From the NCBI GenBank assembly GCA_021199635.1, contig JAJQHS010000030.1, positions 27,898 through 91,897 of the forward strand: a DNA stretch of 64,000 bases, read 5' to 3'. The notes under the pieces are model-generated. The model saw only the letters and a list, made by a program, of their open reading frames with translations. It was not told the origin of the DNA and did no database searches. This DNA comes from Bacillota bacterium (lineage in GTDB: Bacteria; Bacillota; Clostridia; Oscillospirales; Oscillospiraceae). Positions 8,831 through 17,587 of this stretch are shown here, in pieces. A program made the position numbers and the translations under genes. Within the stretch, counting starts at the first letter, position 1. Every line of letters starts with the position of its first letter.

Positions 8831-9727
8831 TCAGATCAGAAATCCGATCTCCATATCCTCCCGCCGGCTCTGCGGCGGCAGGAGCTGGCGTGTGACCGGC
8901 AGGGACTCCGCCAGGCGTGCGTCCAGGGCGTCCCGCAGCTTTTCCAGGTCGCTGTGCCCCAGCTTGTCCGTGATGGCCCGCAGCACCGGTTCCTCCACGC
9001 CCAACTCCAGCCCCAGGCACAGCCGCACCACCTGGTCGCGGAGCTGCTTCTCGTACTGGCGCCCGGCCTGGGCCAGCGCGTCCAGCGCCCGGTATTCCGC
9101 CTGCGCGCCGAATTCCTCCGCCAGCGCCTTCAGCGCCGGGGCGCCGCGCCCCATGCCCTTGATCACGCCGGCCTCCCGCTGGGCGGGCACCGCCACGAAG
9201 GAAAATTCGTAGGCGTCCATCGGCTCTTTGAGGATCACGCTGCACATCTGCCCGTCGTAGCATTCGCCCTTCTGGTGGCCGCAGGTCCCGTAATCGCCGC
9301 CGCAGATGGAGCAGACCGCCCGCCCCATGGCGCAGCCCACGGAAACCTCCTTCTTGATGCCCGCCTCGATGTCCGCGATGATCTCCTCCGCCTGGCCGCC
9401 CCGGCGGATGTACGCCCATGCCTTGATATAGCTGACGCCCGCATCCTGCACCACCTGGGTCTGGAAAATGCGGGCCACCTGGCCGTCGCTGGTCCATTTG
9501 TGGTCCAGGATCCCGGTTTTGCCCAGGAACAGCCGGGCAAGCTCCGGCAGGGCGGCGGTATCGAACCGCTCCCCGTCCCGGTCGATCTGGTCGTCGCACA
9601 GCCGCAGGGAGAAGACATACACCTGCTGCGCCGTCAGGCGGGTGCGGGCCTGGGCGTTGATGGCCTCCAGCTGTGCCGGGGTGGGCACGCCGCTGGCGCC
9701 CACCTGGCTCTCCTTCTTGATTTCCAT
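8831..9727 (-). CDS. Phage prohead protease with Cys-rich insertion and C-terminal coiled-coil (scaffold-like) region
   Basis: 298 aa. GILDHKW and EVSVGC segments resemble the His and Ser regions of prohead serine proteases. Contains a cluster of 6 Cys plus 1 His. RBS GGAGGA precedes the ATG. Confidence 0.65.
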   Translation of the reverse strand: MEIKKESQVGASGVPTPAQLEAINAQARTRLTAQQVYVFSLRLCDDQIDRDGERFDTAALPELARLFLGKTGILDHKWTSDGQVARIFQTQVVQDAGVSYIKAWAYIRRGGQAEEIIADIEAGIKKEVSVGCAMGRAVCSICGGDYGTCGHQKGECYDGQMCSVILKEPMDAYEFSFVAVPAQREAGVIKGMGRGAPALKALAEEFGAQAEYRALDALAQAGRQYEKQLRDQVVRLCLGLELGVEEPVLRAITDKLGHSDLEKLRDALDARLAESLPVTRQLLPPQSRREDMEIGFLI

Positions 9728-9743
9728 GTTCCGTTCCTCCGTT

Positions 9744-10883
9744 TCATTTTCTGGCTTCGCTGCGGTATTTCTCCGCCTGCGCCTTGTAAAGCTCCGCCTG
9801 CGCCTCCTCGGTGATGTCCTGCAGGCTGATGTCGTCCCACGCGATCTCCACCTGGGGGTCCAGCCCCTCCAGCGCCAGGTAGGTGCGGCAGATTTTCCGC
9901 ACCACCGGCTCCACGGAGCGCCGCAGCGCCCACAGCTCGGAGGTCAGGATGTCCGCCTGCTGGGTGCTCATCCGCTCGGTGGTGCTCCAGCTCAGCCCCA
10001 GCAGGAAGGGCGGCAGGCCGGTTTTCGCCACCAGCTGCTCCAGGATCTGCCGCACGGGCACCTCGGAGTCCAGTATGGGCGCGTCCGCGCCGATGGCCTG
10101 GATCTGCACATCCCCCACCGCCACAAAATCCCGGACCGTGCCGTTCTTCCCGTCCTCCATGGCGCGGCTCCATTCCCGGGCGATCTGCCCGCTGCGCTCC
10201 TGGGCGGCGGCTGGGTCCATGCCCTCCGCGCCCTGGCACACCACGCTGTAGCGGATGTTGCCCGCCCGCTCCCAATTGGTGCCGATGGAGGCGTAGATTT
10301 TCATCAGGATGTCCGCCAGGAAGGGCATTCCCCGGAACAGGCTGACGCCGTAGGGATGCGCCGCCTCCGGATTCAGCGTGGTGAACAGCAGCAGGTTCTG
10401 ATAGGGCAGGGGATGCAGCCGCCCATTTTCATCCGGGCCGTACAGCACCGTTTCCATGGGATTGTCCGCCTCCTCCATTTGCAGCTGGGTCACGTCGCCC
10501 CAGAACAGCCCCCGCAGGCGCCCGCCCTGCAGCACCATCTCCCCCACGGAGCGGCCGTAGACCAGCAGGCTGTCCATATAGCCGGACAGGAAGCTGTCGA
10601 TCCCCACCTGCCCCCGGCCGCAGGGCACGCTTTTCAGGAACTGCTCCAGCTGCGCCTGCGCCGCGTGGCTCCGGCAGCGGGGCGTGAAGCCGCCGGACAG
10701 CCGCACCAGCTTGCCCACCGCCGCGTCCAGCACGGGGATGGCCTCCCGCAGCTGCTGATAGACCCGCTCCTCACCGGCGCCCAGGGGGATGAAGCCCTTC
10801 AGCGTGCCAAAGGGGTGCCCCCGGTCCCCCCGCAGCTGGCAGGCCTTCGCCGCCAGCGCCGCCTGATTCCGTTTTTTTGCCAA
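9744..10883 (-). CDS. Phage portal protein
   Basis: Sits between terL and the protease gene. I prefer the TTG at 10883 (RBS GGAAGGAG 8 nt upstream, 17 nt after the terL stop). The maximal ORF extends to another TTG at 10934. Confidence 0.8.
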   Translation of the reverse strand: MAKKRNQAALAAKACQLRGDRGHPFGTLKGFIPLGAGEERVYQQLREAIPVLDAAVGKLVRLSGGFTPRCRSHAAQAQLEQFLKSVPCGRGQVGIDSFLSGYMDSLLVYGRSVGEMVLQGGRLRGLFWGDVTQLQMEEADNPMETVLYGPDENGRLHPLPYQNLLLFTTLNPEAAHPYGVSLFRGMPFLADILMKIYASIGTNWERAGNIRYSVVCQGAEGMDPAAAQERSGQIAREWSRAMEDGKNGTVRDFVAVGDVQIQAIGADAPILDSEVPVRQILEQLVAKTGLPPFLLGLSWSTTERMSTQQADILTSELWALRRSVEPVVRKICRTYLALEGLDPQVEIAWDDISLQDITEEAQAELYKAQAEKYRSEARK

Positions 10884-10899
10884 TGTCGTTTCTCCTTCC

Positions 10900-12156
10900 T
10901 CATGCTTTCCGCCGCGCCACCGCCCGGGCGGCAAAGCCGCCGGACTGCCGCCCCAGCACTGTGGCCACGAAATAGCGCATATCGTCCATGGCGTGGTCGT
11001 TTTCCTTCTTCACCCGGTCCTTTTCCCCGGTGCGCAGGTCCCAGACATATTCGTCCATCTCCCGCAGGCAGTCGGCGCAGCTGTCGCAGATGACGATTTT
11101 CCCCGATTTCAGGCAGTCGGAGGTGAGCCGGATGCCGGACAATACGTCATTTTCCGCCTTGCGCACCGGGTAGCCCCGCCGGCGCAGGGTCTCCAGGAAG
11201 CTGGCGGCGGAGGGGTCCACGATCACGGCGGTCAAATGCCGGTCCCCGGCCAGGCGCCCCAGGGCGTCGGCGTATTCCCCGTCGGTCATCTGCCGCTGCT
11301 GCACCCGGGAGTTGAAGTAGAATTCCTCCACCCGGTACCACACGCCGCCCTGCAGCCCCCACAGCCCCATGGATGTGGGGTTCACCGTGCCATAGTCGCA
11401 GGAGATGTACCACTGCTCCCATGGCCCCTCCGGCACCGGGCGCACCAGATCCGGGCCGAAGAAATCGTACACCCGCCCCTCCGCCTGCACCCACTGCCCC
11501 AGCACGAACCGGCGGTAGAACACCCCGGTATACAGCCGCTGGTAGCGCTGGCGGATCGGCTCCGTCAGGGAGGGATTGTCCGCCATGGTGAAGTGCAGGT
11601 GCAGGCAGTTCCGCCGCTCCGCCTCTAATATCCAGCTGCGGTAGAACCAGTGCCCCGGACCGGCGGGATTGCAGTTGAACCACAGGCGGCTGCCGGGCAC
11701 GGAGCAGCGGGCGCAGGCCTGCTCCACAAAGCTGCGGGGCATCAGCGCTACCTCGTCCAGCAGCACCCCGGCGAAGGTGACGCCCTGGATCAGGGCGGCG
11801 GAGCTTTCGTCCCGCCCGCCGAAGATGTAGAAATCGTTCCGCCGCCCCCGGAACGTGACGGTGACCCGGTTTTCCGACCGTTTCTCCTTCCATTTCCCGC
11901 CCAGCCCCTCCAGCCGGGGCAGGATCTCCGACAGCACGTTCCGCCGCAGGGACGCGATGGTCTTGCCGCACACGCCGAAGCGTTTCCCGTCGAAGCAGGT
12001 CATCGCCCACAGGAAGAAGGAAAGCCCCATGGCCAGGGTCTTCCCCGAGCGCACCGCCCCGTCGCACACGATGGCCTCCCGGTCCCGGTAGGCGCTGCCC
12101 GGCATCCACCAGGTCAGGACGGTTTTCTGCTTCGGGGAGAAGCCCGCGTAGGTCAT
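10900..12156 (-). CDS. Phage terminase large subunit (PBSX/Terminase_3-like)
   Basis: 418 aa. Walker A DGAVRSGKT, Walker B LLDEVA, C-terminal nuclease-like ISCDYG. ATGA overlap with terS. Confidence 0.9.
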   Translation of the reverse strand: MTYAGFSPKQKTVLTWWMPGSAYRDREAIVCDGAVRSGKTLAMGLSFFLWAMTCFDGKRFGVCGKTIASLRRNVLSEILPRLEGLGGKWKEKRSENRVTVTFRGRRNDFYIFGGRDESSAALIQGVTFAGVLLDEVALMPRSFVEQACARCSVPGSRLWFNCNPAGPGHWFYRSWILEAERRNCLHLHFTMADNPSLTEPIRQRYQRLYTGVFYRRFVLGQWVQAEGRVYDFFGPDLVRPVPEGPWEQWYISCDYGTVNPTSMGLWGLQGGVWYRVEEFYFNSRVQQRQMTDGEYADALGRLAGDRHLTAVIVDPSAASFLETLRRRGYPVRKAENDVLSGIRLTSDCLKSGKIVICDSCADCLREMDEYVWDLRTGEKDRVKKENDHAMDDMRYFVATVLGRQSGGFAARAVARRKA

Positions 12157-12479
12157 TCTCCCTCACCGCCGCCCTGCAGCGCCTCTAGGAAGGACTCCAG
12201 GTCCTCCCCGTTTTCCCCTGCCAGCTCCGCCAGCATCTCCAGCGCCCGGAGCCTGTCCACCAGACGCAGCTCCACGGTGCCCTTGTCGTTGCGCTTCAGC
12301 TCCGTCAGCAGGCTCAGGTCCAGCGTCTCCGTGCCCACAGCGTCCTCCATCACCAGCTTTACGCAGTCATTGGCCTGCCCGAAGGCCAGCTCCGCCAGGC
12401 GGCGGGCCACATCCTCCCGGGTGAGCTTCCCCGCCCGGATGCGTCGGCGCAGTCCGCCGGGTAAATTTTTTCCTTGCAT
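12153..12479 (-). CDS. Phage terminase small subunit
   Basis: 108 aa (MQGKNLPGGLRRR...). ATG at 12479 with RBS AGGGAGG. Only the C-terminal third of track ORF 12153-13355 is used; the rest is antisense to the decarboxylase gene. Confidence 0.7.
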   Translation of the reverse strand: MQGKNLPGGLRRRIRAGKLTREDVARRLAELAFGQANDCVKLVMEDAVGTETLDLSLLTELKRNDKGTVELRLVDRLRALEMLAELAGENGEDLESFLEALQGGGEGE

Positions 12480-12502
12480 GGCGATCCTCCCTTTCATCCC
12501 AA

Positions 12503-12544
12503 GCCCGAAAAGAAACGGAAGTTGCCCTCCGCGGGGCAACCTCC
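12503..12544 (-). terminator. Terminator-like hairpin in the leader immediately upstream of terS
   Basis: Minus strand reads GGAGGTTGCCC-CGCGGA-GGGCAACTTCC then GTTTCTTTTCGGG: a 10/11-bp stem plus U-rich tail, 24 nt before the terS ATG. Confidence 0.45.
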
Positions 12545-12597
12545 GTGAAAAATCAAAATTTCTTATCCCATCCCCGGCGGGAATCCGGAAAAATGGG

Positions 12598-12626
12598 TTT
12601 ACATACTGACAATTTTGTGCTAAGAT
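12598..12626 (+). promoter_or_regulatory. Predicted sigma-A promoter of the decarboxylase operon
   Basis: TTTACA, 17-nt spacer ending in TGC (extended -10), TAAGAT. About 110 nt upstream of the ATG at 12738. Confidence 0.55.
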
Positions 12627-12737
12627 ATATTCGGTCAAATTTGGGCTTCCGCCGGTTCTGCCCGCAGATTTCCCCTGGGCGGCGGGCATTCCGGGGCCCT
12701 TTCTATTCCAATCCCATCTCTGGAGGTAATACAAATA

Positions 12738-14120
12738 ATGGCTAGAAAAGTTCAGTTTGTGGAGACTGTGCTGCGGGACGCCAACCAGTCTCTCATCGCC
12801 ACCCGGCTGCCCTACGACAAGTTCGAGCCGATGCTGCCTGTCATTGACAAGGCCGGCTACTATGCGGCGGAGTGCTGGGGCGGCGCCACCTTCGATGTGT
12901 GCCTGCGCTATCTGCACGAGGACCCCTGGGAGCGCCTGCGCAAGATCCGCGCCGCCATGCCCAATACCAAGCTGCAAATGCTGCTGCGGGGCCAGAATGT
13001 GCTGGGCTACTCCCACTATCCCGATGATTTTGTAAGGCTGTTCGTGGCCAAGGCGGTGGAAAACGGCATTGACGTGATCCGTATTTTCGACGCGCTGAAC
13101 GACGTGAACAACCTGAAGGTCGCCATGGAGGCCACCGTCGAAGCCGGCGCCATTGCCTCCGGCACCATCTCCTACACCACCTCCCCCGTCCATACCCACG
13201 CCAACTACGTGAAGATGGTCAAGGAGCTGAAGGAAATGGGCGCCTCCACCATCTGCATCAAGGACATGGCCGGAATTATGGGCCCGCAGGAGGCCTATGA
13301 CCTGGTTTCCGCCATCAAGGATGCGGTGGACCTGCCCATCGACCTGCACACCCACTCAACCACCGGCCTGGCCTTCATGACCTACCTGAAGGCAGTGGAA
13401 GCCGGCGTGGACATCATCGACACCGCCATCTCCCCCTTCTCCGGCGGCACCAGCCAGCCCGCCACCGAGACCATGGCCTATGCCCTGCGTCAGCTGGGCT
13501 ACCAGGTGGACCTGGACGACACCGCCACCAAGACCATGGCGGACTATTTCAAGGGCGTGCGGGACGGCTATATCGCCGACGGCACCATGATGCCCAAGTC
13601 CATGGCCACCGACACCCAGTGCCTGACCTACCAGGTGCCCGGCGGCATGCTCAGCAACCTTCTGAGCCAGCTGAAGCAGATGAACGCCCTGGACCGCTTC
13701 GACGAGGCGCTGCTGGAGACCCCCAAGGTCCGCAAGGACCTGGGCTATCCGCCCCTTGTCACCCCCACCAGCCAGATGGTCGGCGTCCAGGCCGTGCGGA
13801 ACGTGCTGGACGGCCAGCGCTATAAGACCGTGTCCAAGGAGATCAAGGCCTACTGCCGCGGCGAATATGGCCGCACCCCCGCGCCCATCGACCCGGAGAT
13901 CCAGAAGCAGATCCTGGGGGACGAGCAGCCCCTGACCGGCCGCTACGCCGACTCCCTGGAGCCCATCGTGGAGCCCACCCGGAAGAAGCTGGAGGGCATC
14001 GCCCGCTCCGATGAGGACGTGCTCAGCTACATCGCCTTCCCCAACCTGGCGGAGAAATTCTTCGACGAGCGGAAGCAACGGGAAGAAAATGAAGTCACCT
14101 ACACCATCGTGGAAGGGTAA
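12738..14120 (+). CDS. Oxaloacetate decarboxylase alpha-type carboxyltransferase subunit (pyruvate carboxyltransferase domain, no biotinyl domain)
   Basis: 460 aa. VETVLRDANQS, ICIKDMAG and DLHTHSTTG motifs of the HMGL-like/PYC-OADA family. It ends before any biotin-attachment motif. Confidence 0.88.
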   Translation: MARKVQFVETVLRDANQSLIATRLPYDKFEPMLPVIDKAGYYAAECWGGATFDVCLRYLHEDPWERLRKIRAAMPNTKLQMLLRGQNVLGYSHYPDDFVRLFVAKAVENGIDVIRIFDALNDVNNLKVAMEATVEAGAIASGTISYTTSPVHTHANYVKMVKELKEMGASTICIKDMAGIMGPQEAYDLVSAIKDAVDLPIDLHTHSTTGLAFMTYLKAVEAGVDIIDTAISPFSGGTSQPATETMAYALRQLGYQVDLDDTATKTMADYFKGVRDGYIADGTMMPKSMATDTQCLTYQVPGGMLSNLLSQLKQMNALDRFDEALLETPKVRKDLGYPPLVTPTSQMVGVQAVRNVLDGQRYKTVSKEIKAYCRGEYGRTPAPIDPEIQKQILGDEQPLTGRYADSLEPIVEPTRKKLEGIARSDEDVLSYIAFPNLAEKFFDERKQREENEVTYTIVEG

Positions 14121-14132
14121 GGAGGCAGAACT

Positions 14133-14495
14133 ATGGCGCTTCTTGCATCCGAATATACCGTTGGGGAATCCGCCCTCCTGGCGCTGCTGGGATACGGCGT
14201 GGTGTTCTTCGGCATCATCCTGCTGATGATCGTCGTGATCATCATGGGTAAAATCTTTGTCGCCGCGGAACGGCGTAAGTCTGCCGCCGCCGCTGCCCAG
14301 GCCATGCCCCAGCCGGCGCCTGCCCCGGTCGAGAAGGCCCCGGAGCCCGCGCCTGTGGCGCCCGGCGCCGCCGGCCAGCTGAAGCTCCATGACGTGGAGC
14401 CGAAAACCGCTGCCATGCTTATGGCCATCGTAGCAGACAAAATGGGCAAGCCCCTCAATGAGCTGCGCTTCATTTCCATCAAGGAGGTCAAATAA
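14133..14495 (+). CDS. OadG-like small membrane subunit of Na+-translocating decarboxylase
   Basis: 120 aa. One N-terminal TM helix and an Ala/Pro-rich linker. Sits between the carboxyltransferase and biotin-carrier genes. Confidence 0.6.
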   Translation: MALLASEYTVGESALLALLGYGVVFFGIILLMIVVIIMGKIFVAAERRKSAAAAAQAMPQPAPAPVEKAPEPAPVAPGAAGQLKLHDVEPKTAAMLMAIVADKMGKPLNELRFISIKEVK

Positions 14496-14497
14496 TC

Positions 14498-14899
14498 ATG
14501 AAATATAAAGTGACCCTGAACGGCCGCACCTATGAGGTGGAGGTCGAGGCCGGTAAGGCCATGCTGCTGGACGAGTACGAGGCCATTGCCCCCGCCCAGG
14601 CCGCACCCGCGGCTGCCCCTGCCGCAGCGCCCGCTGCCGCACCGGCCGCGCCCGCAGCCCCTGCCGCCCCGGTGGTGACCGGCGCCGGCACCCCGGTGAC
14701 CGCTCCCATGCCCGGCACCATCCTGAAGGTCAACGTATCCGCCGGCCAGGCGGTGAAATCCGGCACCGTGCTGTGCGTGCTGGAGGCAATGAAGATGGAA
14801 AACGAGATCCTGGCCCCCAGCGACGGCACCGTCACCCAGGTTCTGGTGAACAAAGGCTCCTCTGTGGATACCGGCGCTCCTCTGGTCGTCCTCGGGTAA
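14498..14899 (+). CDS. Biotin carboxyl carrier protein (separate biotinyl subunit of the decarboxylase)
   Basis: 133 aa. Long A/P linker followed by a biotinyl domain with the EAMKMENE motif. Confidence 0.9.
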   Translation: MKYKVTLNGRTYEVEVEAGKAMLLDEYEAIAPAQAAPAAAPAAAPAAAPAAPAAPAAPVVTGAGTPVTAPMPGTILKVNVSAGQAVKSGTVLCVLEAMKMENEILAPSDGTVTQVLVNKGSSVDTGAPLVVLG

Positions 14900-14911
14900 G
14901 GAGGGCAATCC

Positions 14912-16114
14912 ATGAATATTGGTGAAATTCTCTTAAAGCTGTGGAATGACAGCGGCTTTGCCGCCATCTCCTCCGGCTTTATGGACGGCGGATGGCAGAA
15001 CCTGGCGATGATCGCCATTGCCTGCTGCCTGCTGTACCTGGGCATCGTGAAAAAGTTCGAGCCGCTGCTGCTGGTGGGCATCGCTTTCGGCTGCCTGCTG
15101 AGCAACCTGCCCGGCACGGGGCTGTATCACCAGGAGCTGTGGGATTCCTTCATGGCCGGGGAGCTCGGCTTCGGCACCATCCTCCACGACGGCGGCCTGC
15201 TGGATATTTTCTACATCGGCGTGAAGACCAGCCTGTACCCCTGCCTGATTTTCATGGGCGTGGGCGCGATGACCGATTTTGGCCCGCTGCTGAGCAATCC
15301 CAAGAGCCTGCTGCTGGGCGCGGCCGCCCAGCTGGGCGTGTTCGCCGCGTTCTTCGCCGCCTCCGCCTCCGGCTTCTTCACCGCGATGGAGGCTGCCGCC
15401 ATCGGCATCATCGGCGGCGCGGACGGCCCTACCGCCATTTTCCTGACCAGCCAGCTGGCGCCCCATCTGCTGGGACCCATCGCCGTGGCTGCGTACTCCT
15501 ACATGGCGCTGATCCCGCTGATCCAGCCGCCGTTCATGAAGCTTCTGACCACGCCGAAGCAGCGGCAGATCAAAATGGTGCAGACCCGGAACGTTTCCAA
15601 GGCGGAAAAAATCATTTTCCCCATCGTGGTGACCATTTTCGTAGCGCTGCTGCTGCCGGATACCGCCCCGCTGATCGGCTGCCTGATGTTCGGCAACCTG
15701 CTGCGTGAGAGCGGCGTCACCGACCGGCTCAGCGACACCGTGCAGAACGCGCTGATGAATATCGTCACCATCCTGCTGTCCACCGCAGTGGGCGCCACCA
15801 TGGTCGGCTCCAATTTCCTCACCGCGCAGACGCTGCTGATCGTGGTGCTGGGCGTGTGCGCCTTCATCCTGTCCACCTGCGGCGGTCTGCTGGGCGGCCT
15901 GATCATGTGCTGGGCCACCAAGGGCAAGGTCAATCCGCTGATCGGCTCCGCCGGCGTGTCCGCGGTGCCCATGGCCGCCCGTGTGGCCAACAAGGAAGGG
16001 CAGAAGGCCAATCCCTCCAATTTCCTGCTGATGCACGCCATGGGCCCCAACGTGGCCGGCGTGATCGGCTCCGCCATCGCCGCGGGCTTCCTGCTGAGCG
16101 TGTTCGGCGGCTGA
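14912..16114 (+). CDS. Sodium ion-translocating decarboxylase beta subunit (OadB/GcdB/MmdB family)
   Basis: 400 aa polytopic membrane protein with family-typical sequence throughout (e.g. [15 protein letters not shown]). Confidence 0.9.
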   Translation: MNIGEILLKLWNDSGFAAISSGFMDGGWQNLAMIAIACCLLYLGIVKKFEPLLLVGIAFGCLLSNLPGTGLYHQELWDSFMAGELGFGTILHDGGLLDIFYIGVKTSLYPCLIFMGVGAMTDFGPLLSNPKSLLLGAAAQLGVFAAFFAASASGFFTAMEAAAIGIIGGADGPTAIFLTSQLAPHLLGPIAVAAYSYMALIPLIQPPFMKLLTTPKQRQIKMVQTRNVSKAEKIIFPIVVTIFVALLLPDTAPLIGCLMFGNLLRESGVTDRLSDTVQNALMNIVTILLSTAVGATMVGSNFLTAQTLLIVVLGVCAFILSTCGGLLGGLIMCWATKGKVNPLIGSAGVSAVPMAARVANKEGQKANPSNFLLMHAMGPNVAGVIGSAIAAGFLLSVFGG

Positions 16115-16139
16115 GCGACCCGTTTCCGGATACTTTTTT

Positions 16140-16171
16140 GGGCTGGCGCACCACTGCGCCAGCCCTTTTTT
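16140..16171 (+). terminator. Rho-independent terminator after the decarboxylase operon
   Basis: Stem GGGCTGGCGCA/TGCGCCAGCCC, loop CCAC, then T6. Confidence 0.85.
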
Positions 16172-16211
16172 GCCCGCATCCTCCACAATATCCTGTCCCC
16201 GCAGGGCCGCA

Positions 16212-17360
16212 TCACCCCTGCGCCATGGCCATCCTGCGCAGCACCCGCAGGAACAGCTCCCCCCACGTCAGCCGGGGCACCGCCGCCTGGGCGACCATGG
16301 GCACCTGGGACAGTACCTGCTCCCCCGCGCGGATGGTCAGCGTCCCCAGCCGCTGGCCCGTGCTCACCGGGGCGGTGACCGTGTCCTCCAGCGTCAGCTC
16401 CGTGGTCACCTGGTCCCGCTGGGATTTGTCGATCAGCAGTTGCAGTTCCTCCGCCGGCACCGCGGTCACCGCCGGCGCCGCCCCCAATTTCACCGCCACG
16501 GAGGTGTCGGACGGCAGCTCCGGCGTGACCAGGGCGTAATTGGCGAAGCCGTAATCCAGCATGGCCTTGCAGGCGGAGAACCGGTCCTGGGATGTCTGCG
16601 CCCCCATCACCACGGCGATTAGGGACAGGCCGTCCCGCTGCGCCGTGGCGGACAGGCAGTACCCGGCGGCGGAGGTGAAGCCGGTTTTCAGCCCTGTGGC
16701 GCCGGGGTAGAAGCGGATGAGCTTATTGGTATTGGCCAGGCCGAAGGCGCCGTCCCGGACGGTGTCCATCCAGATGGTGGTGAACTTCTGGATGTCCGGA
16801 TGGTTGCGCATCAGCTCCCGGGACATCAGGGCGATGTCATAGGCGGAGGTCAGGTGCGCCCGGGCGCTGTCGTCGTCGTCCAGGCCGGTACAGTTGACGA
16901 AATGGGTGTCCTCCATGCCCAGCTCCGCTGCCCGGGCGTTCATTTGCTCCACAAAGGCCGATTCGCTCCCGGCGATGTGCTCCGCCATAGCGCAGGCGCA
17001 GTCGTTGGCGGAGCTGACGGCGATGGATTTGACCATATCCGTGACGGACATGGTTTCCCCCACCTTCAGGTAGATCTGGCTGCCGCCCTTGGCCGCGGCG
17101 GCCTCGGAGACGGTGACGGGGTCATCCCAGCCGATTTTGCCGGAGTCGATGGCCTCCATGATCAGCAGCATGGTCATCACCTTGGTGACGCTGGCAGGCG
17201 CCAGCTGCTCGTGGGCGTTGTACTCGTATAGCACCGTGCCGGTGGCCATGTCCATCAGCACTGCGCTTTTCCCCGCGGTTTCCAGCTCCACGCCCCGGGC
17301 GCCGCCGGCCAGGCACCCCACCGCCAGCGCCAGCGCGAGGATGATCGCGATCCGTTTCAT
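16212..17360 (-). CDS. Serine-type D-alanyl-D-alanine carboxypeptidase (PBP5/DacB-like)
   Basis: 382 aa. Signal peptide plus SxxK (SVTK), SxN (SAN) and KTG motifs. Confidence 0.9.
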   Translation of the reverse strand: MKRIAIILALALAVGCLAGGARGVELETAGKSAVLMDMATGTVLYEYNAHEQLAPASVTKVMTMLLIMEAIDSGKIGWDDPVTVSEAAAAKGGSQIYLKVGETMSVTDMVKSIAVSSANDCACAMAEHIAGSESAFVEQMNARAAELGMEDTHFVNCTGLDDDDSARAHLTSAYDIALMSRELMRNHPDIQKFTTIWMDTVRDGAFGLANTNKLIRFYPGATGLKTGFTSAAGYCLSATAQRDGLSLIAVVMGAQTSQDRFSACKAMLDYGFANYALVTPELPSDTSVAVKLGAAPAVTAVPAEELQLLIDKSQRDQVTTELTLEDTVTAPVSTGQRLGTLTIRAGEQVLSQVPMVAQAAVPRLTWGELFLRVLRRMAMAQG

Positions 17361-17461
17361 ATCCGCATCCCTCCGATTTTCAGGTGGTACAGCCTATGCG
17401 CCTTGTCCGCCCGGTATGCGCGGAGAGCCCGTTCCGGGCGAAATTTCCCGAAATTTTCGCT

Positions 17462-17490
17462 TTGACTTTTCCCGTAAAAAATGCTATAAT
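17462..17490 (+). promoter_or_regulatory. Predicted sigma-A promoter for the 17588 gene
   Basis: TTGACT, 17 nt, TATAAT. Confidence 0.6.
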
Positions 17491-17587
17491 GAGATCGCAG
17501 AGAAGGGCGGAAATACCGGGATTCTCTGGTATTTTTCGCAGAAATCAGGACACGACGGGCGGCCATGTGCCGCAGGGAGGCGGATAT

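Larger units (their letters stand above)
6342..12479 (-). mobile_element. Phage-derived head-morphogenesis and DNA-packaging cassette (terS, terL, portal, protease, capsid, connector, head closure, unknown); no integrase, tail, lysis or replication genes adjacent
   Basis: Eight co-directional genes in canonical phage head order, tightly packed with overlapping stop/start codons. The cassette is flanked directly by ABC exporter and decarboxylase operons. Confidence 0.8.

Noticed and set aside
6246-12737. Search for integrase, att direct repeats or a tRNA target flanking the phage cassette
   Set aside because: No recombinase-like ORF and no direct repeat of 10 nt or more was visible between the two borders. 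The nearest tRNAs (21801, 37651) are 9 and 25 kb away. The cassette therefore cannot be called an integrated prophage or a classical PICI from this window.
12480-13355. N-terminal 290 aa of track ORF 12153-13355 (minus strand)
   Set aside because: Only the last 108 codons (from the ATG at 12479 with a strong RBS) look like a terminase small subunit. The upstream part crosses the intergenic promoter region and runs antisense to the carboxyltransferase gene.
14590-14670. Apparent short tandem repeats (GCCGCN/CCCGCN units)
   Set aside because: This is the in-frame Ala/Pro linker of the biotin carrier protein ([22 protein letters not shown]). It is coding low complexity, not a CRISPR or satellite array.
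14933-16266. 417-aa and 255-aa minus-strand ORFs opposite the decarboxylase beta subunit
   Set aside because: They are antisense shadow ORFs; the plus-strand membrane protein is clearly the real gene.
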